A stretch of DNA of 39,564 bases from a virus (Duplodnaviria > Caudoviricetes): positions 1 through 39,564 of IMG/VR virus record IMGVR_UViG_3300032212_000058, one strand, 5' to 3'. The notes under the pieces were generated by a model. That model was not told the origin of the DNA. It worked only from the letters and a program-made list of their open reading frames with translations, and ran no database searches. A program made the position numbers and the translations under genes. This document shows positions 15,578 through 24,944 of this stretch, one piece after another; position 1 is the first letter of the stretch; each line of letters starts with the position of its first letter.

Positions 15578-17147
15578 GGCCCAGAAAAAAGAGTGCCTTG
15601 ATCTTGTTGATGAGATCCAGTCTGAACGCATGACCAAAAATCTGCTGCCCGCCGATGTGCCGGCAGTGCTGCTGCCCTATCAGATCAAATGGCAACAGGA
15701 CAAATCACCGGTGCGCGTGTGCGAGAAGGGTCGCCGGATCGGTTGGTCATGGGGCGTGGCCTCTGAGGCGGTGCTCGAAGCCGCCGAGGAAAATGGCATG
15801 GATCAGTTTTATGTCGGTTACAACCTGCCAATGGCTGCCGAGTTTATCGGCGACTGCGCCTTCTTCGCCCGCGCCTTCAGTATTGCTGCGAGCGAAATAG
15901 ATGTCTCACTAGAACACGCAATCATCGAAAACGAGCGCCGTGACATCGTCAAGTTCAGTATCAAGCTGGCCAGCGGTCAGAAAATCGAAGCGCTATCCAG
16001 TAACCCGCATAACTTCCGTGGTCGTCAGGGCCACGCTCGTATCGACGAGGCGGCATTCCATAATGATCTGGGTGAGCTGCTCAAGGCTGCGCTGGCATTT
16101 CTGATTTGGGGTGGACGTGTCGATGTCATCTCCACGCACAATGGTGACAGCAATCCATTCAATCAGCTGATCCGTGAGATACAAGCACACAAGATCGATT
16201 ATTCGCTGCACCGCGTCACCTTTGACGACGCATTGACAGAGGGGTTTTTTAACCGCATCTGCCTGATCAAGGGCGATGAGTGGTCGGCAGAAAAACAAGA
16301 GGCCTTCCGCGACGACATTATCAGTAAGTACGGTGATGGTGCCGATGAAGAGCTGTTCTGTATTCCTCGCGCCGGTAGCGGCACCTACCTGCCGCGTGTG
16401 TTGATTGAACGTTGCCAGGTGGATGGCATTCCGCAGCTCTATCTCGCCAGGCCTGATGAGTTTGTGCTGGACAATAATCGCCTGCATGAAACGCAGCAAT
16501 GGATTACCGACAATCTCACACCCATCATCGACAACCTGGACAACAGCCGCCGTCATGTTTACGGCCAGGATTTTGGCCGGTCAGGTGATCTGTCGGTGAT
16601 CTGGGTGCTGCAGCGCGAGAGCGTCAGCAAATGGTCAGTCGCGTTTACCGTTGAAATGCGCAACCTGCCATTCGATGTGCAGGCTCTGATTCGTGATGCC
16701 GTGCTGGATGGCCTGCCCCATTTCCATCATGCCAAATTCGATGCCCGCGGTAATGGACAATCCCACGCCGAAGCGGCGATGCAGAAATATGGCCCTCAAC
16801 GTGTCGATTGTGTGATGGCAACGCCTGCCTGGTATTCAGTCGCCTTCCCCAAATATAAAGCCGCGTATGAAGATGGCTCCATCGCCGTGCCCAGAAATGA
16901 AGATGTGATTACCGATCACCGTCGCGTGGTGCTTGAAAAAGGCCGCCCGAAGATGGATGACGGCCGCGACAAAGGCAGCGACGGTCTGGCGCGCCACGGT
17001 GATAGCGCGATCGCCGGTCTGAATGCCTGGATGGCAACAATAGAAGAAGGCGAACCGGCAGCGGGTGAAACAGTTGATGCAAATAATGATGATGTTTTTG
17101 CACCTGAGTCCGCGCGTGGTCGACGTCGGGTGGGGATGTTTCGGTGA
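15570..17147 (+). CDS. terL: Terminase large subunit (Mu gp28-like)
   Basis: LLPYQ, EKGRRIGWSW, IDEAAFH, ISTHNG; nuclease motifs GQDFGRSGD and HGDSAIA. Confidence 0.93.
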   Translation: MDKAQKKECLDLVDEIQSERMTKNLLPADVPAVLLPYQIKWQQDKSPVRVCEKGRRIGWSWGVASEAVLEAAEENGMDQFYVGYNLPMAAEFIGDCAFFARAFSIAASEIDVSLEHAIIENERRDIVKFSIKLASGQKIEALSSNPHNFRGRQGHARIDEAAFHNDLGELLKAALAFLIWGGRVDVISTHNGDSNPFNQLIREIQAHKIDYSLHRVTFDDALTEGFFNRICLIKGDEWSAEKQEAFRDDIISKYGDGADEELFCIPRAGSGTYLPRVLIERCQVDGIPQLYLARPDEFVLDNNRLHETQQWITDNLTPIIDNLDNSRRHVYGQDFGRSGDLSVIWVLQRESVSKWSVAFTVEMRNLPFDVQALIRDAVLDGLPHFHHAKFDARGNGQSHAEAAMQKYGPQRVDCVMATPAWYSVAFPKYKAAYEDGSIAVPRNEDVITDHRRVVLEKGRPKMDDGRDKGSDGLARHGDSAIAGLNAWMATIEEGEPAAGETVDANNDDVFAPESARGRRRVGMFR

Positions 17148-17461
17148 ACGAGCTGTGGCGCCCACGCCGGTGTAATTGTCGAATATGGGCGCTCGTCATG
17201 TTGCTTAGATTCGGCGGACGGTTGGCAAAGCGGCAATCATTTGCGGGGCGGTGGAAACATGTTTTTTGGTCACCAGACGGTGAAACGCTCTACGAATATG
17301 CGCCACTTGAATATGATTTTGAACGACGTGTTCCGCCAATTTTATTTCGTGGTCACGTACGTGAGGTTGTGAGTGAGGTTATTGAGCAGACCGTGATTGT
17401 TAACGGGCAACAGATTGTTAATAGGATGAATTTATCTCAGCGATTAAAGCGGCAGTTGTGA
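17144..17461 (+). CDS. Hypothetical protein
   Basis: GTGA overlap with the terL stop. Confidence 0.55.
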   Translation: MNELWRPRRCNCRIWALVMLLRFGGRLAKRQSFAGRWKHVFWSPDGETLYEYAPLEYDFERRVPPILFRGHVREVVSEVIEQTVIVNGQQIVNRMNLSQRLKRQL

Positions 17462-17483
17462 ACAATTAAAGGGGTGTTATTAC

Positions 17484-17933
17484 ATGGGCATAATAATTAG
17501 CGGCAAATCCGCAGAGCAAATCGCATACGATAAAGTTGTTGGCGCAGCCAAACAATTGAAAATAAATCTGATGGACATGGAGGATCATTTAAAAACTACG
17601 TTTGTCAATTATGATTACGTGCGAGATGTTTATCAGACGTTGGAGCGAGCAACAAATCAATTATCTGTTTTAGTGCTGACGCCGGGCATTGATCAATATG
17701 CCCGTGATGCTGAAAAAAACCAGTCATATGATGTTGTTGCTGAAATCACATCGCTGCAAACTATTATAAATACTGCTCTGGTCGGTATTAATGATCAGGC
17801 GCCCGCGACAGTAGATCTGATGCCTCCATCACAATGGAATGGTGGCAGCACAATGGTAGCTAACGTACTGACTGAAACTCAAACAGCTAATTTGCGCAAT
17901 GTTCTGAATCTAGTAATTGCTGAGATTGGCTGA
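17484..17933 (+). CDS. Hypothetical protein
   Basis: AAGGGG RBS; coupled to the next ORF. Confidence 0.7.
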   Translation: MGIIISGKSAEQIAYDKVVGAAKQLKINLMDMEDHLKTTFVNYDYVRDVYQTLERATNQLSVLVLTPGIDQYARDAEKNQSYDVVAEITSLQTIINTALVGINDQAPATVDLMPPSQWNGGSTMVANVLTETQTANLRNVLNLVIAEIG

Positions 17934-19792
17934 TGGCAATCAGCTTTGTAGGTCAGCGTGGTACAACGTGGTTAAATTCAACAGGGGCTTTATCTCGTAC
18001 CCTGACATCACTTGGTGCAACAGCTAATAATCTACTCATTGCGTCACTGTTGAAGAGGGCTAGTGGTGGTTCCCCTAGCGTTTCAACTGGTTGGACATTG
18101 GCAGGAGAGGCTGCCGGGGCAGGAGCAACTCATACCGTTTGGTATAGGATTGCAACTGGTGATTCTAGTGACAATATAACGGTTACATGGGGCGACCCGG
18201 GTGAACCACAATTGACTGTTTGGGAGTATACGGGCAATGCAACCATTGACACACTAGATAGTTTGATTGCTACTAAATATACATATGGCACTACAAATAA
18301 ACCAGGAAGTTTAACCCCGAATTCATCTGCGGGAGCTATGATTAGTGTCTTGGGCAATCCAGATGCGTTGCAGTGGAGATCTAACGGCCCATTCATCGAT
18401 GTGGGAACACGCAATGATAAAGTCGGCGGCAGTTTATATGATCCACTACAATCGATTGTCTTAATTCCTTATGCCTCTACGGCGGCCATTGACCCAACTT
18501 GGTCAACAACAGACACTGGTGGTGCGGCGCTTGGGGTGCAGGTGTGTTTTAAAGAGCCTAGTGGTAGCAGTTCACCAGTTAATCAATTTATTACCGTTCA
18601 AATAGAGGCTCTGGCAAACACCGTTCATAATGCACAAGCTCATAACGAATCACTAACGCATATTGCAATTTCATTCAAAACTAACATTGAGTCATTAACT
18701 GATATCCAACAAACATTCCAAAATCACATAGAGACACTGGCTGGCATTTACAAAACGACTCAACAGCACATTGAAGCGAGCGCGGCACTAAGCAGTCAGT
18801 ATCAAATAGCTGTTGAGACGCTGACAAATATTCAGAAGGAGCTATTGCAGCAAACTGAAGTATTGGCAACGATCGACAGCCAGAACCAGGTCGATATCGA
18901 GTCACTTGGGAATGTTAGCAGGCTGGTTCAGCAGCTGTTTGAAGTCAGTGCAGCGATAAGCAGTCAGAGCCAAGTGGACATTGAAGTACTGAACAATATC
19001 CAGACAGAGTTGCCCCAGCATCTTGAGGCTTTGACAGGAGTAACCAGCCAGGATCAGATGGCCATCGAGGCACTGGCTAATCTCGTTAACCAATATCTGA
19101 TTAAGATCGAGTCACTGGGGACTGGAATCAACACCCAGCTGCCATTCCCGCTCGAGTGCCTGGCTGCTTTGTCTAAGCAAAACGTTTTGCAGTTTGAGAC
19201 ACAAAAGCGCGTCAATACCCTAAGCAACGCTGGCATTGAAAACCTGACGGGCATTCGTGCCGACCGAGTTGGTCATATTGAGTCGCTGACTGGTGTTTCA
19301 AATGACGCTGTCATTAACTTTGAATCGCTGGGCCTGACAGCTATAAATGCAGATGCGGTGATCTACTTCGAGTCTGGCAATTCTATTGCTTCTGGCTTAC
19401 CCATCCAGGTCGAGGCGCTGGCCGCCGTGGATGGCGAGTTGATTGTGGCTATCGAGGCGTTGCAATACGTGCAGGTCGATCACGGTGGCCATATCGAAGC
19501 GGTAGCACAGATCAGTCTCGATATAGAAGCAGCTATCGAAGCGCTGCAACCTGTTGCCAACACATTTACTCTATCTATTGAGTCGTTGCGTGCGGTTTCC
19601 GGTAGCGCCACGCTTTCTGTCGAGGCCTTGCAGGCAATCGCCCTGGCTGTTGATGTGCCGTTCGAAGTACTGCAGCGGGCCGGTGTCAACGTGATTGTCG
19701 ATGTAGTCACCAAGCAAGCTTATTTTTCTATCCGTCTGGATCGCCAGGCAACGTTTGGTCAGGTCGTCACCCGGCCTGTGATATTCCACTAG
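17933..19792 (+). CDS. Putative virion fibre/adhesin: beta-rich N-domain plus ~25 14-aa repeats
   Basis: [IV]E[SAT]L recurs every ~14 aa from about 18600 to 19690. Confidence 0.7.
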   Translation: MAISFVGQRGTTWLNSTGALSRTLTSLGATANNLLIASLLKRASGGSPSVSTGWTLAGEAAGAGATHTVWYRIATGDSSDNITVTWGDPGEPQLTVWEYTGNATIDTLDSLIATKYTYGTTNKPGSLTPNSSAGAMISVLGNPDALQWRSNGPFIDVGTRNDKVGGSLYDPLQSIVLIPYASTAAIDPTWSTTDTGGAALGVQVCFKEPSGSSSPVNQFITVQIEALANTVHNAQAHNESLTHIAISFKTNIESLTDIQQTFQNHIETLAGIYKTTQQHIEASAALSSQYQIAVETLTNIQKELLQQTEVLATIDSQNQVDIESLGNVSRLVQQLFEVSAAISSQSQVDIEVLNNIQTELPQHLEALTGVTSQDQMAIEALANLVNQYLIKIESLGTGINTQLPFPLECLAALSKQNVLQFETQKRVNTLSNAGIENLTGIRADRVGHIESLTGVSNDAVINFESLGLTAINADAVIYFESGNSIASGLPIQVEALAAVDGELIVAIEALQYVQVDHGGHIEAVAQISLDIEAAIEALQPVANTFTLSIESLRAVSGSATLSVEALQAIALAVDVPFEVLQRAGVNVIVDVVTKQAYFSIRLDRQATFGQVVTRPVIFH

Positions 19793-19801
19793 GAGGTTGT
19801 T

Positions 19802-20530
19802 ATGTTAGCAACAGATATAGTCCCGTATCTCTCGGCAAGCATGCCGGAAGATGATGTCAGCACTTCGGGCGGTGCGATCGATTTAACGGGTAGCCCTACA
19901 TTCACTGCTATGGCGGCCAACGATACGTTGGAAGCACTTAGCGACAACGCTGCCGACACCATGAACTTGACCATTGTCGGGCGTGATGCTGGCAAGGCGT
20001 TAGACTCTGAAACACTGGCGCTGAACGGCACTACTGTAGTGCCGTTCACTACCACTCTTGAGCGCTTCATGAAAGCAGTGCTGGCATCGGCCGCGGCTGG
20101 CACAGTTACGATCCGCCGTTCTGGTGGCGGTGCCACGGTGGCAACGATTGTCGCTGGCCAAACCAAGGTGCGGCGTTTTTTCTATGATTCGTCATCTGAG
20201 AGTGGCGCCACTACCCGCTTTGAAAAAGTGTTTTTAAAGAACACCAACGGCACCGACACGCTCAATAGTGCCGAGGTCAATCTCAGTGCTGACCCGGCCT
20301 CCACCATTCGCATCGGTGTCGCTGCTGCGAAAGACGATACGGGCTCTGTTGCCAACCGTAAGACACCACCCGGCGTGACCTTTGTTGATGACGGTGTCTC
20401 GCAGTCGGTGCCAGGTGGCACCTTGGCGGCGGGTGAAGCGATTGGCGTATGGGCTGAAATGGCGCGTGGTGCAGATGCAGCGGCCATCAAGGATTCATTC
20501 ACTATGCAAATGACAGGCACATCAGGTTAA
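19802..20530 (+). CDS. Putative virion structural protein (Ala/Thr/Gly-rich, beta)
   Basis: AGGAGG RBS; composition and LAAGEAIGVW motif. Confidence 0.65.
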   Translation: MLATDIVPYLSASMPEDDVSTSGGAIDLTGSPTFTAMAANDTLEALSDNAADTMNLTIVGRDAGKALDSETLALNGTTVVPFTTTLERFMKAVLASAAAGTVTIRRSGGGATVATIVAGQTKVRRFFYDSSSESGATTRFEKVFLKNTNGTDTLNSAEVNLSADPASTIRIGVAAAKDDTGSVANRKTPPGVTFVDDGVSQSVPGGTLAAGEAIGVWAEMARGADAAAIKDSFTMQMTGTSG

Positions 20531-20540
20531 GGAGATCACC

Positions 20541-20858
20541 ATGCAAACATGTTTGGGGCCACGGCTATTCGTGGCAGATAAACGAGAGCAGCTCACCATC
20601 AAATTGGATGAGCTGAAACAGCGAATGGATGATGCGGGTGAAAATGTACGCCACCCATTTAAAAAGAAGATCGAACAGGTTGAAGCGGAACTTGCTGAGC
20701 TGAACGATCTTGCGGATGACCACAATCTTGGTCGTGTTGGTTGCGGGCATGATCTATCCCCACAGTTTGATGCCATCCCGGCAGATGGTGAGGACTATGA
20801 GTACTTGTGCCCGAAATGCGGTAATCGCGGCAGCATGATGAAAGCGGTGATGGAGTAA
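20541..20858 (+). CDS. Hypothetical protein with coiled coil and Zn-ribbon (CPKCG)
   Basis: AAGGAG RBS; C, CGH and CPKCG. Confidence 0.7.
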   Translation: MQTCLGPRLFVADKREQLTIKLDELKQRMDDAGENVRHPFKKKIEQVEAELAELNDLADDHNLGRVGCGHDLSPQFDAIPADGEDYEYLCPKCGNRGSMMKAVME

Positions 20859-20864
20859 GCGCAG

Positions 20865-21170
20865 ATGCGTTATGACTTTGTGCAGGACGATACTGGCAGC
20901 AGCCTGAGGATTGAATGTCTTGATGCTGCCAATGCTCCTATCGATATCACCGGCGGAACAGTCACGCTCAAGTGGCGCGATAAAGCTCGGCAACTGATTA
21001 CGCATGACATGAGCATGATCGATGCCGTCAACGGCATTGCTGAATACCAGTTTGCGGTTGGAGAGTTGTTTGCGCCGTCGATGGATATCACTGTGCGCAT
21101 CGTCGACTCCCAGGGCCAGGTGTTGCATAGCCGTGAGTCCATCAAATTGTCGGTTAGGTATCCAATTTGA
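20865..21170 (+). CDS. BppU N-terminal-like Ig-fold protein
   Basis: VQDDTG..L.I......PIDITG.TV......DAVNGIAEY. Confidence 0.65.
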   Translation: MRYDFVQDDTGSSLRIECLDAANAPIDITGGTVTLKWRDKARQLITHDMSMIDAVNGIAEYQFAVGELFAPSMDITVRIVDSQGQVLHSRESIKLSVRYPI

Positions 21171-21279
21171 ATAACGCCCGTAGAGACGCTGTAAGCGTCG
21201 CAGCGCCCTGGGTCGCCGTCATCGGTCGTATCCAGGGTGAAGCTAGGTTTATAAAGACTTTATAAAGCGAGATAGAGCA

Positions 21280-22776
21280 ATGTTTGGATGGCTGGGTCGA
21301 ATGTTTGGTGGTGAAAGCGATGAAATTTTGTTTCAGGTGCCGTCTGCGCCGGAAACCGCTGCTGATGAGCAGGTGGATGTGCAGGAATCTTTCAAGGAGG
21401 CCTATGGCGCCACCGTCGATGCCGATGATGACCAGTGGCGCAAACTGACTGGCGACAAGAACCGTGACTTGGCACCGATGACTCAATACCGCATGCAGGA
21501 TCTGTCTGTGTATCTGTGGGAATCAAATCTGCTGGCTAATCGCCTGGTGGAATTGCCGCTGGCCTATTTGTTGGCTGAGGGTGTGCGCCTGAGTGCTGAT
21601 GATGAGATTGTCCAGGAGTGGCTGAATGAGTTCTGGAACGATCCTATTAATAACATGGCGCTGAAGCTGATCCAAAAGGCTCGTGAGCTAAGCCTGTTTG
21701 GTGAGCAGTGTTGGCCGACATTCGTGAATGAGTTTAATGGCCACGTCCGCCTTGGTTATCTGGACCCATCCCTGATTGAAACCATCGTCACCGATCCTGA
21801 CAATGGCGAACAGGTAATCGGGGTGGTCACCACCAAAGACAAAAGAGGCCATGCCCGTCGCTACAGGGTGATTGTTAATGGTTCTGAAGAGCAGCTATTC
21901 ACCAAGCGCACCCAGGGGATCCGTGAGAGCTTCGATGATGGTGAGTGCTTTTATTTTGCCATTAATAAACTCAGCAACGGCAAGCGCGGGCGCTCTGACC
22001 TGTTGCCGCAGATTGACTGGCTTGATGCCTATGAGAACTTTATGTTCGGCGAGATTGACCGCGCCCAGTTCATGCGTGCTTTCATGTGGGTGCTGACCAT
22101 GACCGGCGCGACGCCGGATGAGGTCAAAGAGAAAGCCCGCACCGTGACACCACCAAAACCCAACTCTGTGCGAGTGAGTAACGACGCTGAACAATGGGAT
22201 ACGGTATCCCCCGATCTGCAGACCGGTGACAGTGATACCGCTGCGCGTCTGTTCCGCAATCATATTTTGTCTGGTGCAACGATCCCTGAGCACTGGTTCG
22301 GTGGCGGTGGTGATGTCAACCGGGCCACGGCCGCCGAAATGGGTGACCCAACATTTAAAGTGATGGCGATGCGCCAGACGTTTTTGGGCTATGTATTAGA
22401 GAGCGTGGCCAAGTACGTCATTCGCCAAAAAGAGTTGGCCCACAATCGCCGAGAGCCTGACATGAATGATGAAATCTATCAGGTCAATATTGAGTGGCCT
22501 GAGATGGTCTCGAGTGACATTAGTAAATATGCCGCTGCCCTGCAGCAGGTGACACAGTCAGCCGCACAGCTGGTGATGAATCACCTGGTCACCAAAGAGC
22601 GTGCAGTGATGATGATTGAAAAGATCACCGCACGCCTGGGGGTGGAGTTCGATACCGCGAAGGAATTGGAGGACGCACTGAAAGAAGCGGCCAATGATGC
22701 GGAGAAGGATGTCTTCAAAGATCCACCGGAGAAAAAAGAAGCGCAAAATGATGATGCGCTGGAAGATGCGGCGTAA
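21280..22776 (+). CDS. Portal protein
   Basis: ~500 aa, immediately upstream of a MuF-like gene; ELSLFGE, GRSDL, IPEHWFG motifs. Confidence 0.85.
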   Translation: MFGWLGRMFGGESDEILFQVPSAPETAADEQVDVQESFKEAYGATVDADDDQWRKLTGDKNRDLAPMTQYRMQDLSVYLWESNLLANRLVELPLAYLLAEGVRLSADDEIVQEWLNEFWNDPINNMALKLIQKARELSLFGEQCWPTFVNEFNGHVRLGYLDPSLIETIVTDPDNGEQVIGVVTTKDKRGHARRYRVIVNGSEEQLFTKRTQGIRESFDDGECFYFAINKLSNGKRGRSDLLPQIDWLDAYENFMFGEIDRAQFMRAFMWVLTMTGATPDEVKEKARTVTPPKPNSVRVSNDAEQWDTVSPDLQTGDSDTAARLFRNHILSGATIPEHWFGGGGDVNRATAAEMGDPTFKVMAMRQTFLGYVLESVAKYVIRQKELAHNRREPDMNDEIYQVNIEWPEMVSSDISKYAAALQQVTQSAAQLVMNHLVTKERAVMMIEKITARLGVEFDTAKELEDALKEAANDAEKDVFKDPPEKKEAQNDDALEDAA

Positions 22777-22782
22777 CAGCCG

Positions 22783-24192
22783 GTGACCAATAAGGAACGC
22801 AACAAACGCTTCCGCAAGGAGCGAACCAAGCGTCTGAAGGTTCGCTCTGCCATCCAGCGCGATACCTATGCTGAGCTGACTCGGTTATTAAAGCTGGCCG
22901 AGGAAGATATTCAGGGCACGCTGAAACACTCCCCTAGTGAATGGCAGGCCTGGTATCTGCCCCAGGTGCAGCAATCAATCAAACGCACCATGTCTACCTT
23001 CATCAATACCGGTTCGGCCACTATTAATAGTGCAGCAACCAACCTCTGGCAGGCAGGTATTAATCTAATAGATAAGCCGATCGCCGCTGGTGGCGTGCAG
23101 ATTGCCGGGTTGTTGACGGATATTGATCCCAAGCAACTGGTGGCCATGCGCACCTTCATGACTGGCCGGATCCAGGATATAGGTGAAACCGTTGCTAACA
23201 GGATCAACAGCAACCTTGGTCTGGTGGCGATGGGTGCGCAAACCACCGGCGATGCCATTGCACAGATTGCAAATGTGTTTGAGGTGGGCGGTCGGTCACG
23301 GGCGCAGACCATTGTCCGCACCGAATTGGGTAGAGCCTATTCAACTGCGGCCCAACAACGCATGACCCAGGCACAGCAGCATCTGCCGGGCTTGAAAAAG
23401 CAGTGGCGCAGATCCGGCAAGATACATTCGCGTCTGGCCCATGATGCGGCCGATGGTCAAATCCAGCCAGTTGATGAACCATTTATTATTGGTGGTGCCA
23501 GGCTGATGTATCCACGCGATCCACAAGCATCAGTTAAAGACACGATTAACTGTGGCTGCGAATCACTGCCCTACATGGAACACTGGGAGATGACGACACC
23601 AGGCAAGAAGCCGTTCACTGCTGAAGAGATTGCTCTGGATCCCAACAAGCGCAAGCTGGCCGATGCTGCAAAATCAAAACCGATTGAGCTGCAGACACCC
23701 AGGGTGCGAAAGACAGTACGTGACATTGAAAATCGGTTTGCCGGGCAGGCAATCGAGCGGGCGGCAGTGATTGATAAACAAGGCAAGGTGTTGTTTGAGG
23801 TGGATGGCAATGCCGATCGCGTAAAGCTGTCACCAGACCAGTTAAAGCAACTCAAGGGCAATGTGGTCACGCATAACCATCCGGGTGTGGGTTCTTTCTC
23901 TGAGGGCGATATTGCAATGGCCGCCGTCTACCAGGTGGCCGAAATGCGGGTGGTGGACGATATTTATAGCTACTCCATACAGCCGCCGACAATCGGGTGG
24001 AATAAACGCTTATGGCAGACGGCAATCCTGCCCGCTATGCAGGCAATTGAGGCTGAGGTGACGGGCGAATATTTTGATGCGATGATTGCAGGTAAGATGA
24101 GCCAGGCGGCCTATGAAGAGAATTATCAGCACGAAGTCTGGCGCCGTGTGAGCAAGCTGATTGATATGAAATACCGGCGGCGGAAACGATGA
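22783..24192 (+). CDS. MuF-like minor head protein with C-terminal JAB/MPN-like domain
   Basis: RAQTIVRTE, R..H...DGQ, INCGC (MuF); then E...THNHP...FS..D. Confidence 0.85.
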   Translation: MTNKERNKRFRKERTKRLKVRSAIQRDTYAELTRLLKLAEEDIQGTLKHSPSEWQAWYLPQVQQSIKRTMSTFINTGSATINSAATNLWQAGINLIDKPIAAGGVQIAGLLTDIDPKQLVAMRTFMTGRIQDIGETVANRINSNLGLVAMGAQTTGDAIAQIANVFEVGGRSRAQTIVRTELGRAYSTAAQQRMTQAQQHLPGLKKQWRRSGKIHSRLAHDAADGQIQPVDEPFIIGGARLMYPRDPQASVKDTINCGCESLPYMEHWEMTTPGKKPFTAEEIALDPNKRKLADAAKSKPIELQTPRVRKTVRDIENRFAGQAIERAAVIDKQGKVLFEVDGNADRVKLSPDQLKQLKGNVVTHNHPGVGSFSEGDIAMAAVYQVAEMRVVDDIYSYSIQPPTIGWNKRLWQTAILPAMQAIEAEVTGEYFDAMIAGKMSQAAYEENYQHEVWRRVSKLIDMKYRRRKR

Positions 24193-24386
24193 TCAGCAAT
24201 GGTAATATCTATTTCAAGCATCTGCCTGTTAAGAAGGTGATTAAACTGCTGCAGGCGTTGCCGGACGACACGGTGGTGCATCCAAATGAGATTGGCAATC
24301 TGGCTATATATAAGAAAGATGGTGATAGTTTTGAGATGCTGAGCATTGTCGATTTTTCGGATGATGGTGAGATAAAGCGTATCTAA
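24189..24386 (+). CDS. Small hypothetical protein (candidate immunity protein)
   Basis: ATGA-coupled to muF. Confidence 0.6.
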   Translation: MISNGNIYFKHLPVKKVIKLLQALPDDTVVHPNEIGNLAIYKKDGDSFEMLSIVDFSDDGEIKRI

Positions 24387-24388
24387 AC

Positions 24389-24613
24389 ATGACAAAAGAA
24401 TACTACGACAACGATGCTAATTTTGTTCTCGATGGTGATCGGGAAAAATCTGTGTATAGTGATGTTTGTTCCAGGTGCAAACATTTAAAGTCTGCCATGC
24501 GTCACCGCTGCAAGGCGTTTCCTGAGCGCATTCCGGATGAAATCTGGAGCGGTAAAAACGATCACACCTCCCCTGTGCCTGGCGATAACGGCACGCAATT
24601 CAAAGCCCGATAA
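24389..24613 (+). CDS. Small Cys-rich protein (CxxC...CKAFP.RIP...H..P.PGD)
   Basis: Conserved-looking motif, directly after the muF module. Confidence 0.7.
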   Translation: MTKEYYDNDANFVLDGDREKSVYSDVCSRCKHLKSAMRHRCKAFPERIPDEIWSGKNDHTSPVPGDNGTQFKAR

Positions 24614-24659
24614 TTTTTAAATCAGTTTAAAAGAAAGTCCCGCGTCTGGCGGGTATCGT
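24614..24659 (+). promoter_or_regulatory. Putative activator-dependent late promoter 2 (head/tail)
   Basis: TTTTTAAATCAGTTTAA, then 23 nt, then TATCGT. Confidence 0.7.
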
Positions 24660-24705
24660 CTTCCGTGTATTGCATATTTATTCATGCCCACGCGGAGACA
24701 AAACG

Positions 24706-24942
24706 ATGCCAGACCAGAGCCCCACCACCAACAAAACTAAAGAGCCGGTTGCGCTAACCAAAGAACAGGCGGCAAAGCTTGTTAAGCGCGAAGTGCCGGT
24801 CATCGATGAAAAGACCAAAAAGCCGTCCGGAAAAACCAAGCCGGTGGCCGTAAAGGCGGATGAGGTTTTTGATTTCAAAGAATACGACGACCATGTGGTT
24901 GTTGTGACTGTCGACGGTAAAAAGCTGCGCGGCGATAAGTAG
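24706..24942 (+). CDS. Small hypothetical head-region protein
   Basis: GGAG RBS before ATG 24706. Confidence 0.7.
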   Translation: MPDQSPTTNKTKEPVALTKEQAAKLVKREVPVIDEKTKKPSGKTKPVAVKADEVFDFKEYDDHVVVVTVDGKKLRGDK

Positions 24943-24944
24943 TC

